Part shown: positions 9,836 through 23,087 of the stretch, in pieces
Layout: each line of letters opens with the position of its first letter
Position numbering within the stretch: the stretch's first letter is position 1
NCBI GenBank assembly: GCA_003971905.1
Contig: RSEE01000014.1
Location: forward strand, 744,001-808,000
DNA: 64,000 nucleotides
Reading direction: 5' to 3'
Source: Moniliella sp. 'wahieum'
Taxonomy: Eukaryota
Translations under genes and position numbers: made by a program
Notes under the pieces: model-generated
Databases searched by the model: none
What the model was told of the DNA's origin: nothing
The model's input: the letters and a program-made list of their open reading frames with translations, nothing else

Positions 9836-12800
9836 TCAAACTAGGTTCACTTCGGCGACAGTAGTCCGTCCCAAATCAAGCAGAGTGATAGGGGCTTCCC
9901 GCTTCGGCAGACCGTTAGGCGGGGTGGCAGGGTCTGCATTGGGGTCGTCTGTTTCGGTCCACCAATCGAGAAGAAGAATGCGCACTCCTCCCACCCGTGC
10001 TGGGCCAGTCGAAAGACACAAGTAGCTTGCCGACAGGGGCACACTAGTGGCTGATTGCCCGGAGCAAGGCGGATGGGCGGGAGAGGTGTCACACTTGCTC
10101 CTAGTGGTAGTACATCGTGGTCCGGCAATGGGCCCTCTGCATCCTCAGTATCCTCCGAACCAATTACCACTTGGGGTTCAGGCCAGCTTGCGTTTGGCTT
10201 TTCTACTTCCCCTCTGACATGGAGGCAAGGCGGGAGCGGAAACGACGGACGCGGGAAGAGCTGTTCCATCAACTTGAATCGGAGAAGAGAAGAGGGCGAG
10301 GGAAGAGAAGCCGATGGAGTGGCAGTGCGGGACGAAAAGGTGGAGGAAGAATCCCTTCTCTTGGCCAAGTTGCCCCGTTGGAATGCTGGTGGTAAGAACG
10401 AGGATACTGTTTCACGGGTGCTGACAGCTCGTTGCAGTGTCGTGGAGGAGCTAGCCGTGACAGTTGAGGCTGTACTCACTGCCCGGGTCGAGAGAGACGA
10501 AGTTCGGGATAGAGAGGACATGGTCCTGTTCCTCACTTCGGAAAGCGGCGGGCGAGACGTGTAGCCCAAGGGCGGCGAGACCGAGGAGTTTACTTTGTGG
10601 CGACTGTCGATCGACGCCACATCAGCCGTTGAGTCTGCTACCGGAATATCGACGGGCGAGGTGGCGGTCTCCTTGGCCACATGGGTGAGTTGAATTGCCA
10701 ACCTAATCCATACAGCCGGGTGGGAACGGCGTGACGATTCGAGCTGTTCGGCCTGAGCTTCAATTACTTGACGCAAGCTGGAGGCAGTGAGTTCCCGCTT
10801 ACCACCAAAGCGAGGAGTGCCGTGGACTGACGAAGCCCGGGATGAAGCGACACTGCCTGCTTTGCTTCCATTCTGGCTTCGTGCCACATCGGAGGCAACC
10901 TCAGATAATGGCCGATCATCTTGCTCTTCAGATTCGTCCCCCGCATCGCTAACACTGGCTCCACTTTGCCTGCGGGCTTGGACATCAGCCTGAGCCATGC
11001 CGACCTCACGGATCCAAACGTCGTACTCTAGCTCAAAGGGTTCTCCTGCTTGAGCAGCGATGGCAGTCGAGGTGACGGCCAGTTCCGTTTGCAAATGCAG
11101 CGCCGGTCGGATGGGAATTTGGGATTCAGGAGTTGCCCCTTGAGATTCGGCAGGGAGAGCAGGCCAAGCTTCAATGGTTGAAGGGAGGGGGAAGGTACGG
11201 TGGTGTACGATCGGGGTTGAGACGACTTGAGTGGGCTCGCCCATGTATGACCGGCACAGGGCACGCACAAACCCTAAATCGACTGGGGATGTAAATGTTA
11301 GTGGATGCAAGAGCGAGGGGCGCAAGTGTACTTCTAGCATGGACTCCTGCTCCAGTGTTGGGATTCAGGCTGTGGGCCGACTCAGGAGGAACGTCAGGGG
11401 GCAAAGGGGCATGACGCCCAGGTTTGGTGGGATATAAGGCAAACACATATTGCCTTGACTCTCCTGGAAGGAGTAAACTTTCCGATCCTGAGGGAGTATG
11501 CAATGAAAGAAGCCTGGAATCGTTCGCACTGGGACCATCCAGAGGGGGGAGCAACTCATCGTCCCACCAAGCACAACGCACACTGGGCCGGTCAAGTTGT
11601 CGCCAATACCACAGAGGTGCAGCTGACTCCGACTGACTACAGCCGGGTTCAACCCAGTCTACTGCCATGGACGTTGACCCTGGCGCTGCCTTATTGGCGA
11701 GCGTGACTTGGAGGAGGACCCGTTCCTTGACATAGGGGTTGGAACTGAATCGAACTGTTGGTTCCATTGGCAGACGCAGCACCCGCGCCTCAATCTGCAT
11801 CGGCGACGAGACAACTTGAAAACGATAAAACTTGCGGAAGCTCGTCTCCACCAAAGTAGGATGTTTGGAATCGGGATCATCTCGCAACAGAGACGCATAC
11901 GCTGAACCGGGCCCTGATGCGCGGGTGGTGAGATACGACACGGTACAGACCAGTCCATGGGGGCCCGGCTGAGAAATAGGACATTTGACTAACGCCTCAA
12001 GCTTCTGTCGTGAGGCGAGTGAACTGCCACCTTCTTGCCTGCCGAATGAGTCGTTACGTGCGCCAAAGGAAGAATACGCACCGCGGGAGCCAAATCAGGG
12101 CCTAGCTGTGCTGACGATACTGCGCCAGGGCCCGAGTGCATCTCAACTGTGAGCGATGCCCCCATCACTGGGAAAGGGGCTTCGTTATTCACACAAACAA
12201 ACGCTGAAAACGTCTCCCCTTCATCTGACGGACTCGGCTGTCAGTAGCTGGCTCCTGATAGACGCGGCAATACTTACACACGGTCCCAAAGCTGGCCGGG
12301 AGCATAAGCAGATCCGATACAGGGAAGTCACGCAGGGTACTCATGGAGGCCGTTCCGTCATGCCACGCATCCGAAATGTGACTCTCGTTGGCGAGCAAAC
12401 TACTTCTTGCTTCCAGTTCGAAGGCAGAGCGAATCTGGGCAAGTGATTCGCGCTGAGCAGCGAGGTCAACGTTGGTGTGCCATCCAACTAGCTCGGACTG
12501 CTCCCAATCACTCATTCCCGGGAATATAGCATCAAGCTGCTTTTGTGGGGATTTAGACAAGGCCGCCTCTTCCACCAACTTGTCCATGGGGGCATACTCG
12601 GCTGCTTCGAAGTAAGGCCAATCGGTCGCAGCGAAGGTGGGCTGAGACACACGCATCACCTTGAGTGACAGCAAGTGTCCTCCAGGAGGTACTGCGGGTG
12701 ATGCATGAGCAGGTGGATGTGCGGCTGTCGAGCGCATCTGATGCGGTTGGGAGGCGCGCGCAGCGCGAGGGTTGGGGGACGGGTCAGGGGTGGAGACAGT

Positions 12801-12995
12801 GGAGGAGGCACGGGAAGGAGCAAAGGGGTGCGGGCGTGAGTGGCGGAGGGCATGGCGGCGATAGCTATCGTCGCTCCCTGTGCGCGAGGCACCCATTGTG
12901 TCGGTGTGGTCGACGGAGCCATCGGTGCTGGCCGAGGGGCGCGACGCCATGCGGGGCGAGAAGGAGGGGGTGGTGGGCGTGGGCGTGGCAGCCAT
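9836..12995 (-). CDS. TRAPP complex subunit TRAPPC13-like protein (DUF974) with long low-complexity insertions
   Basis: HLLSLKVMRVSQP, LLMLPASFG / GETFSAFVCVNNE, ETSFRKFYRFQV and LLPGESRQYVFAL match the TRAPPC13 family. An intron near 12230-12280 and frameshifts; start codon inferred. Confidence 0.8.
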
Positions 12996-13224
12996 GCGTC
13001 CCAGCTGCAGCGGCGACGATTCACTTGCAATTTCAAGTCGTGCACCTGCCGCTCTGTGCTGCCGTAAGCAGGGGGCTACGCGGCTGGCGGTGGCGTGGGC
13101 CGCCCGATTAGATAGATAGCTCGCCCCGTCCCCATCCATTGTCCCCACCACCAACCCTCTCCGCTCCGCCTCACTGCCATCCCTTACAGCAGCACTCTTC
13201 ACTGGAACATCTGCCCCACACGCC

Positions 13225-13807
<583 letters not shown>

Positions 13808-14572
13808 GGGCCTCCCGGGGCCCCGTCACCCCGTGTTGATAGCACAGCTCTAATCTCCACCCCCCGGTATGGCTGCTCACTCGCCATCTCATTTTTGACT
13901 CAAGGACCGAGAGCCGTTTCTCGTTTTACACTATTCAATCCCAATTCAGCAGGCGTTTTGACTCTCCCCCTGTGTACTTTGAACATCATTTTCGACCATC
14001 AACCATTTTGACTCCAGAGTGCCGTGTACCACTTATCACCATCATCGTAAACCACCGTCTTCCGATCCCCCGAGGATCCGCTTCTGTTCCTTGTCTATGG
14101 CCGCCACCGGCCACGAGAATGATTATGACTCGTTCGATTCTCCTATGACCGACTAGTGACTCCCACATCTTTGCCCACACTCTGCCTGTTGGATGGCTTA
14201 CGAGGAGTCATAGTAGTTCCATGATGTGAATGGGCTCTTAGTGCAGCCAGTCATAGGGTGTATCTAGGAATCAAGGGCGGAGCGATGTGTGGGAGGGGGG
14301 ATTGAGCGTTGGGCTTCATATCAGATGGAGGTGTATGGACGGGCGGTGCGTCCACAGCCACCGGCCAGGTGCGCAGCAGCTGCAATCCCGCAGCAGTGCA
14401 AGAGTAATAAACCGGAGTCACGTGGCGCTCGGATTACAACCTGAATTCCGCCCTCATCAGCAAAGCGCGTGGGCGGGCCTACCATACCCAGGCCACTTAT
14501 ATCCCAAGCAGGGGAGTGCCACCGCCACAACTACCACCAGGCGACGCCAGCAAGTCCGAGTTGGGACACGCC

Positions 14573-17013
14573 ATGATCATCCGTATTCGCTCCAAGGATG
14601 GCCAGTTTCGCGTCACCGCAGATGCCGCCGACGATGCGTCCAAACTGGGCTCCGAGCTGGTCAAGCAGCTTCCCCAGATCGACCTCTCTAGCCTAACTTT
14701 CTCCAACCAGCCTCGCGGTGCGCCTGAGATGAAGCTCGATGATCTTGCCGGCACAAGCATTGCTGACTTGGGGTTATCGTAAGTACTGGATCTTGATTGT
14801 TCACGTCTTTTCCTTTGATGTTAACACCTATTGCACAGTCATGGCCACTTGCTCTATGCCAACTATCATGAAGCAGGTGAATCCGCCCCGGCCCCCACAT
14901 CGGAATCGCCCCCTTCGGCTGCCCCTTCTTCTACAGTTGTTTCTGCCGCCGGATCCTTGCCGCCCGCGCCCAAGATCCCCGAGGCACCTGTGGACCAATA
15001 CTGGGACGGACAAGATGGCAAGATTATGCGCAAGCGGGACCCCAACTTTTGTCGCCATGGGCCCCAGGGCATGTGTGACTACTGCATGCCGCTCGAGCCG
15101 TACGACCCAAAGTACCAGAAAGAGCACAACATCAAGCACATATCATTCCACGCCCTTCTCAAGCAGAAAAATGTGGCGACCAACAAGGCTCAGGGCTCTT
15201 CTTGGATACCTCCGTTGGAGGAGGAGGATTATCGAGTCAAGGTTCCCTGCCCATCAGGCCAGCATCCCGATTGGCCTGCAGGTATTTGCACCAAGTGCCA
15301 GCCGTCGCAATTACGCTTCAGCGCCAAGCTTTCCGTATGGTTGATCATGTTGAATTTTCTCATCCCTCACTGATCGAGAACATGCTCCGCTTTTGGCGTT
15401 CTACCGCTTCGCAACGATTTGGGTTTTTACTTGGGAAGTACGAGCCGTACCCGTCCCCATGGGTATCAAGGCCAAGGTCGAAGCGATTCACGAGCCCCCT
15501 CAAGAGGGAGAGCTGGATGGTGTCACAATTGGCTGGCCTTGGACCGGGAAGGACGAGGTAGAAAAAGTGGCGGCTCAGTGCGGGCTGGAGTGCTGGGGGA
15601 TGATCTACACCGACTTGACCGCCGAGACGGAGAAGCGAAAGAGAGAGGATGGATCGGAGGATCCCAATCCTGTCCCAACAGGGAAGGTGCTGGTCAAACG
15701 GCACGCGAAGAGTTATTTCCTTTCGGGCAACGAGGTTCTTTTTGCGGCTCATATGCAGAACATGTTCCATTACTACACCAAGTTCGCTGAGGGGGCGCGC
15801 TTTGGCAGTCGTTTTGTCACATGCGTTGTCTCCGGTCAACTCGGGGGCGAGATTGGGGTGGAGGCGTATCAAGTGTCACTTCAAGCAGAGGCCATTGCCC
15901 GGGCCAATATGGTTCAGCCCAGTGTTCAGCCCAACACAATGCGCATCGCGTCCAATGAGAGCGCTTCCAAGAGCGCACCCCCTCCGGAAAAAGGTGACGA
16001 GGGTAAAGAGGTGGCATGGACCAAGCCCTACATCCAGAAGTATTTTTCCGTTACAAGAACAAGTACGGCTTGGACGTGAAAGAATCGGCCAAGCCCACCT
16101 TCCCGTTGAGTACCTCTTGGTGAATGTGACGAATGGCTTCCCCACCACTCCGAACCGCTCTTTATGAGCAGCGACTTCCCTATCGAGAACCGGCCTGGAC
16201 TGGAAGACCAATCGGTTGAGGTGCTTCTCAACCGAGTCCACAAATTGCTCGGAAACGCCGAGCTGGAGCCGTACTCGCCCGAGGCGTCTTCCTCGGTTGA
16301 CACAGATGACGGGCTACGACGCAAGTTGGTTTCCTTCCTCAGCGACTGGCATTTGTTGGCCTTTGTCCCATCAACCGGCTTCTGTCGCAGAATGAGTTTG
16401 CTGCCATGGTTGAGGTCGCCGTGTCGCACGACAGTCATGCGGCTTTAAACAAACTCTTGGCTACACCAGGCTGGAAGACACTGGCTACGTTGGCTAGGGA
16501 GCATGCACCTGCCACTTCAGGTGGTGCTGCGCTTGATGACGACGAGTTGACGCCAGAGGAGATTGCAGCGATCATTGCTAGCACTGAAGCCAGTCATATT
16601 GACACGGCCTCCTCTTCCAACCAGCCTTCTGGGAGTCGTGCGTCGCCGATTGGCGTGAGCGACCAACCCCTTTTGAACCGTCCTCCTCCTCAGGTACCCA
16701 CACATACGCGGGCTGCCGCAGAGGATGAGACGTTCCTTTATGATGGAGAGGATGAGGATGTGGCTTTTGGTGCTGTGAGCGACAGTGACGACGATGTGGC
16801 ATTTCAAGACACTCGAAGCCACACTTCGTGGGAACCCAACTCCAACCCCAACCTCAGGTGGTGGTGGACGACGACGACGATGTGCGGATGGGCGAAACAC
16901 CCCCTACGCTCGCTTCACAGCAACCCACCGAGGTGGCCTGCCCTACTTGTACTGTCCTCAACCCGGTCTCGAACGATACGTGCTTTTTGTGCGGTCTACC
17001 GATGGACATTTAG
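14573..17013 (+). CDS. NPL4: Cdc48/p97 cofactor Npl4 (UBX-like, zf-NPL4, MPN-like, C-terminal NZF)
   Basis: [103 protein letters not shown], and C-terminal [23 protein letters not shown]. One 5' intron and several frameshifts. Confidence 0.95.
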
Positions 17014-17275
17014 CACCCTCGCCTTCGTTACTACAAATGACTATTTGAGCACCTGAGCAAGGAGTCTATCATGTATGCAGTCGTAGTATAGGCGCATGTG
17101 GACTGAGTATATTCAGTTTCCAAATCGACAGTGATGGGGCGCGCTTGCTGGTACCGGCGGAAGATCAAGGTAACCTTGTCTTGACCTTTCTAGTAACAAC
17201 GTTCAGCGTCACGATCATCGATAGTGCCTCTCCTCTCGAAGCTCCCTGTCCCCGCCTTCTCTGTGCCGGGCGGAC

Positions 17276-18055
17276 TCAAGCGATGGTGGCCGAGCGCGCG
17301 CGTCGCGTCGACGAGGATACAGGTGAGTGGGAACGGGAGGGGGAATAGGAGCGGGAACGGGAGCGGGAACGGGAACGGCCACGATGTGACCGCTCACTCT
17401 CATGTCGGTCCCTTCTGCGGGAACTGTGTGAGTCATGGCGGTCGTCCCTATGATGTTTATGGACGCGAGAAGAATGGCGACTGCCATGGTCACGCTCCTT
17501 GTGCCTTGCATCCCGTTCACGGTCATGATCACGATGTCGGCGGTGTGGCTCGTGGTGTCCCTCTCGTCGGCGGTGACGCTCTTCTCGGCGTTTCTCCTTG
17601 ACCTCCATCTTAGCAAGGGCCTTGGCAGCTTTTCGATCTTCCTTGCTCATCCCTGCTTCCAGTTCCTTGAGTCGCTTGTCCGTCTCCGCATCGCCTGCGT
17701 CGCCCCATTTGCGCATTGGGCCGGCAGTATTGTTGGCTCCTGTCCCGGCATCGCCGGGACGGCGTAGTGGGTTGGCAATCGGTTGGAATCCAAGGACCGA
17801 GGCCATAGCCTCCTGCTCCTGCCTCTTGATCTCATCAATCTCCTCCTTGCGGCGCTGAAGGGCGGCGTCCTTGTCGAGGGGGGCGCCAGAGGCGTCCTTG
17901 TTGTACCAATTGACATCCTTACCCTTTTGCCACCGCCCCGTGGGCGCCATGACAGAATGTCCCAGGTAATGCTCGCGCGACTTATCATTCTTGACGGCCT
18001 CCCAAGAAAAATCGGCGGCGCCGCCGCGTGTTCCGCCACGGGAGGGCATGTACAT
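17276..18055 (-). CDS. MMTAG2/C1orf35-like protein with RS/His-rich tail
   Basis: PSRGGTRGGAADFSWEAVKNDKSREHYLGHSVMAPTGRWQKGKDVNWY is the MMtag family N-terminal motif. Intact 259-aa ORF. Confidence 0.9.
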   Translation of the reverse strand: MYMPSRGGTRGGAADFSWEAVKNDKSREHYLGHSVMAPTGRWQKGKDVNWYNKDASGAPLDKDAALQRRKEEIDEIKRQEQEAMASVLGFQPIANPLRRPGDAGTGANNTAGPMRKWGDAGDAETDKRLKELEAGMSKEDRKAAKALAKMEVKEKRREERHRRREGHHEPHRRHRDHDRERDARHKERDHGSRHSSRVHKHHRDDRHDSHSSRRRDRHESERSHRGRSRSRSRSRSYSPSRSHSPVSSSTRRARSATIA

Positions 18056-18205
18056 GATGGCGTGGACTAGTTGGCGACGGTGGTGTTGATGGCAGCGGAG
18101 GGGCTACTGCCTAGCTGCGTTCGTGCAACCAAAAATGCTTACGTCAGAAGCTGACCGCCACAAGCCAAGATATCGATATGGCCACAACGTCACATGTGGC
18201 GGTCA

Positions 18206-18232
18206 CGCGTGTCACATGACATGTGACACGCG
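18206..18232. promoter_or_regulatory. Perfect 13-bp inverted repeat in the divergent MMTAG2/Rab11 intergenic region
   Basis: CGCGTGTCACATG-A-CATGTGACACGCG, containing E-box-like CACATG/CATGTG sites. Regulatory role is inferred only. Confidence 0.5.
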
Positions 18233-18376
18233 GTCCTAGGGTTGCTTATGTCAGCTTGTGGAGCAAGCAGCCAGCCCACTCCCGCCATCCAGACAGCCAC
18301 AGGGCCAGACGACGCTACTGATAGCGACCAACCAACTGTCAACCATCTTCCCGCTGTGTCTTTCTCCCCGTTCGCC

Positions 18377-19271
18377 ATGACTGAGGCCAATTACGACTTC
18401 CTATACAAGGTCGTGCTTGTAGGCGACGCTGCAACGGGTACGTGTACTCCCTTTTGCTTGCCCGCCTCAATCGGCGGATGCTCGGCTGCCCCTCCGTCAT
18501 CGGACATGTGCTCACCTCCGTCTCCTTCACGCTCTTCCTCCCCGCCTCAATAGGCAAGTCCAACCTGCTTACCCGTTTCACCCGCAATGAGTTCAACCCG
18601 GACTCGAAAAGTACCATTGGCGTTGAGTTTGCCACGCGCAGTGTCCATGTTGACGACAAAGTAATCAAGGCCCAGATCTGGGACACAGCTGGCCAGGAGC
18701 GGTATCGGGCCATTACATCGGCATACTACCGCGGCGCCGTCGGCGCGCTGCTCGTGTACGACATTGCCAAGCACCAGTCCTACGTAATGTGGCTCGCTGG
18801 CTTAAAGAGCTCCGAGACCAAGCTGACAGCAACATTGTCATCATGCTCGTCGGCAACAAGAGCGATTTGAAGCACCTCCGTGCAGTCCCCACTGAGGAGG
18901 CTCAAGCCTTTGCTGGTTAGTCGCCTCTCCTTTCTTGAGCGAAATGATCCTGACCCAATATCTCCTCTAGCTGAAAATGGCTTGCTCTTTATCGAGACGT
19001 CAGCCAAGGAAGCGTCCAACGTGGAACCTGCCTTCCAACAAATTATTACTGGTACGCTTGTCTACTCGGCCACAGTCTCGATTGAGACGCATTCATGCTG
19101 CCTCACAAAATCATCTAACCCTTTTCCCAACCCTCAGAAATCTACCACATTGCCGCCAAGCAGACCCTTCAAAATTCGGGCGATGGGATCAAGCCCTCGG
19201 GGGGCGAGACGATCACAGTCCAGCCCAGTGCCAACGATGGCGGCAACGATGCCAAGTCTGGATGCTGCTAA
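18377..19271 (+). CDS. YPT31: Rab11/Ypt31-family small GTPase
   Basis: [86 protein letters not shown] and C-terminal SGCC*. Three introns. Confidence 0.95.
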
Positions 19272-20847
19272 GGTCACGCTGTGAGGGGCACCCCCCCAGC
19301 CCCTTTGCCCGGTACCCCTGTTAACCCGCTATTTTCCTTTCCTCTGTCACCGAGTCGCTACCCGAGAGACGTCTCCCTGCGAATCCCACTGGCTTACGTT
19401 TCGTTGCTTCGGCAAGTCAGGAGCTCATGTAGAGGCTGTTTCGTCTACCTTTGTGCGAAAGAGGGGAAGTGAGAATAGAGATGGCGGTGAGAGAGGAGAC
19501 ATGTGGGAGAGAATTGCCCCGGGATGCGCGGTTACGCGCGCGCATGGCTCTCACCTACTAGCTAACCCGCCACCTAGCACGTATCATATAACATGGGGTC
19601 AGTTAACGTTGCTTTCTTAAACTGAGGCCTACCTGAAAACGAGCCTAGCGCCTGGCTATTCATCTCTGAACCCGAGGACGGAAGTCCTCTTGGCATGCAC
19701 AGCATCCCTGCACGTCGATAACCGAACAACGATTATCACTTGGGTAGCAGATATACAAACAAGTCAGGATGTGTGAGAAGCAAGAAATCAATTGGTAGGA
19801 GTGTTCCCCTCTAGGTTATGCCTTCAAGCAACGGCGACAGAGTCGCATCGCTCAACTGCTCTGAAATTAGAGGGTTCCCAAGCTCCCACTCCAAGCGTGC
19901 GACCCACGATCTGGATCGGCGAAGCCAGCGGTACCGCAGTCCCCCCTAGAGGGGAAAGCAGTGACCAACCGACAGCGCGATCAACAGTTCGCGTGACCAT
20001 AACGCCGGGGCCGCACGAGGAGGTGGGGGGGATCAATCTGGAGGCCGCCGCCCGGGTGTGCCGTAAAACAAGGTGTACACGTTCGCTCACCCCCCGAGAG
20101 GAGGCTACCTGAGTTCACACCTCCCAATCAGACAGAAACGAGGCCAAGCTAACACCAGTAACCAGGTGCAGCCTAACCCCTATCGGCCCCCACGTGGAGG
20201 AGAAAAAGCAAGAGGCGGCGCGCACATTTATAGGCCAGCCGGTGGCCACGGCATTCGGTGCAAACCAGCCAAAAAGACAGGGAGCGGAATACCTCCACAC
20301 GAAGAAGAATGGGGGTTCCGCAGCGTTCGGTGCAAAGCCTGGGTGCGGGGCGAGGCGTCGATTACGTGCCGAGGGTGGGCTGCAACCTGCTGCGGTTGGC
20401 TGAGCGGCAGCCGGCGGCTGGTGGCGGGTCACCGGTGACGGTCACTGGTCACTCCGGTCACCTGACCTGGGCTGGGCGCGTGAAGCTCGAAGGCGTAGGC
20501 AGGCGGCAGGACACGGCACACGCAAGGCCAACACGCCGAGACTGCCCCTGTGCGGGAGGCGCGTGCGCCGGGGCGCCACACCGCTGTGCTTCTCGTTGCT
20601 GTCGGCGCGCGCTCGGGACGCAAGACTGGCGCCGTGGGAGGGCGCTGCCCACCAGCGCGCCGGCGCAGTGGGCTGGCTGGGCTGGCTGCGCTGCTGCCTG
20701 CTCCCACACGCCCCGAGTGGAGCTGTCTGCCAGCCATTAATAAGGTCCCTTCCCCGCTCCGGCCCACCACCTCCGCTCCCCTCCTGAACACCCGCTGCTG
20801 GACAATCACCCGCGCCCGTCCCATCCTCCTGCCCCACCCTCTTCGTC

Positions 20848-22254
20848 ATGCGTGAGATCGTACACCTGCAGACCGGCCAGTGCGGCAACCAGATCGGCAC
20901 CAAGTTCTGGGAGGTCCTCTCTGACGAGCACGGCATCGATGGCACTGGTGCCTACGTCGGCAACTCGGACCTTCAGCTGGAGCGCATCGACGTTTACTAG
21001 TATGCACCATTCTCTTCTTCCTTTGCCCTGGGCCCTACTCACCACTCTCACTCCTCCAGCAACGAGGCCAGCAACTCCCGTTTCGTTCCTCGCGCTGTCC
21101 TGGTCGACCTTGAGCCCGGCACGATGGACTCCATCCGCTCGGGGTCAATGGGCGGCCTCTTCCGCCCTGACAACTTTGTCTTCGGCCAGTCGGGTGCTGG
21201 AAACAACTGGGCCAAGGGCCACTACACCGAGGGGGCCGAGCTTGTCGACTCGGTGCTTGACGTGGTGCGGAAGGAGGCCGAGGGGTGCGACATGCTGCAG
21301 GGCTTCCAGATCACCCACTCCCTCGGTGGTGGTACCGGCGCTGGCATGGGCACGCTCCTCATCTCCAAAATTCGCGAGGAATTCCCTGACCGTATGATGG
21401 CCACTTTCTCTGTTCTCCCTTCACCCAAGGTGTCCGACACGGTTGTTGAGCCGTACAACGCCACCCTCTCGGTGCACCAACTGGTTGAGAACTCGGATGA
21501 GTCGTTCTGCATTGACAACGAGGCCCTCTACGACATTTGCTTCCGCACCCTCAAGCTCAAGGCACCTGGGTACGATGACCTCAACCACCTCGTTTCTCTC
21601 GTCATGTCCGGCATCACCACTTGCCTCCGCTTCCCCGGGCAACTTAACTCGGATCTGCGCAAGCTTGCTGTCAACATGGTTCCCTTCCCTCGTCTCCATT
21701 TCTTCATGGTCGGCTTTGCTCCTCTTACTTCCCGTGGCAGCCAACAGTACCGTGCCGTCACCGTACCCGAGCTTACTCAACAGATGTTTGAGAGCAAAAA
21801 CATGATGGCTGCTGCCGACCCACGCCATGGCCGGTATCTGACTGTCGCCGCCTACTTCCGCGGTGCGGTCTCGATGAAGGAGGTTGAGGACCAGATGCAG
21901 GCCACTCAAGCCAAGAACGCATCCTACTTCGTCGAGTGGATTCCTAACAATGTGCAGACTGCTCACTGCGACATTGCCCCGCACGGAATGAAGATGGCGG
22001 TCACCTTTATCGGCAACTCGACCGCGATCCAAGACCTGTTCAAGCGTGTTTCGGAGCAGTTCTCGGCAATGTTCCGCCGCAAGGCTTTCCTCCACTGGTA
22101 CACCTCTGAGGGCATGGACGAGCTCGAGTTTACCGAGGCCGAGTCGAACCTGCAAGACCTCGTGTCGGAGTACCAACAATACGCCGAGGCCGGCATCGAC
22201 GATGAGGAGTACCTTGAGGAGGAGGGCGAATATGAGGCTGAGCCCGAAGAGTAA
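20848..22254 (+). CDS. TUB2: Beta-tubulin
   Basis: [17 protein letters not shown], one intron at 21000-21059, [35 protein letters not shown] and an acidic tail. Confidence 0.99.
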
Positions 22255-22847
22255 CCTGCTTACCTGTCCTTGACAGTTTCCGATGTCGTCACAGGAAGCG
22301 GCACCCCTTTAGATTCCCAATTCGTTTCCCACGTGTGATTGTCCATTTGAGTCTGCCTCAACCAGCCCATTTTCTTCCCCAGTTTCTCCCAACACCGCCT
22401 GCTTCTCTATCCGTAGGTGCACAATAAGAGAAACCCCACGTTTAGACCCCCTCACAGTACACCTCGATGCTCTTGTCAGCTCCACCGGGATGAGACGTGT
22501 GCCTCTAGGGCCTGAGCCACAGGCCTCATATGCGTGGTGAGGCCGGTGAGGGATCAGCCTGACCCTCCTGGCTAGTAAGTAGTAACTAACAAACTGGTCC
22601 AATATGTGGAGCAAAACACGCCGGCTGATTTGCGTCACTTCGTCAACCGTTTGAAGGAACGTCACCGTAATCATCAAACTTGATGTCAGGATACGGAGAT
22701 GGGGGAAAGGGCGCAGATGGATTGCATACATCTATGGACGCAGAGGAGGTATATGTACCTCCTCAGGAAGGGGGCACAGTCGAGAGGTGGACACAGGATC
22801 TCCCAACTGATAAGAATCACGCCATAGTGCCCATACGGGTCTAGTGG

Positions 22848-23087
22848 TGTTGACTGTGATCCTCTGGCTCCCAGTCGGTAGACCAGGTTCGCCTCGGTTC
22901 CATCGGCTTCCACGCTGACGTCCCTGCGTGTCACTGTCCCTGTGCCCTGCACTCTCTCCTGTGTGACTCACTGTCCCTGTGCCTAGTCCAGCCTCCTATA
23001 TAGATGCCTCTGTACCCAGACCCAACTCTGGCTCCAATCCATCACCTTCTCCTCATCCTTCTGCCCGTCCGGCTCCCTAGGCCAACA
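22848..23087 (+). repeat. 5' LTR of the TRIM
   Basis: Identical by eye to 23956-24195; contains TATATAGA followed by a CT-rich tract. Confidence 0.95.

Noticed and set aside
19500..20400. Possible LTR/PBS/gag remnant and a GAGGAC-GGAA-GTCCTC hairpin between Rab11 and beta-tubulin
   Set aside because: No second LTR, TSD, recognisable protein motif or ncRNA consensus could be supported.
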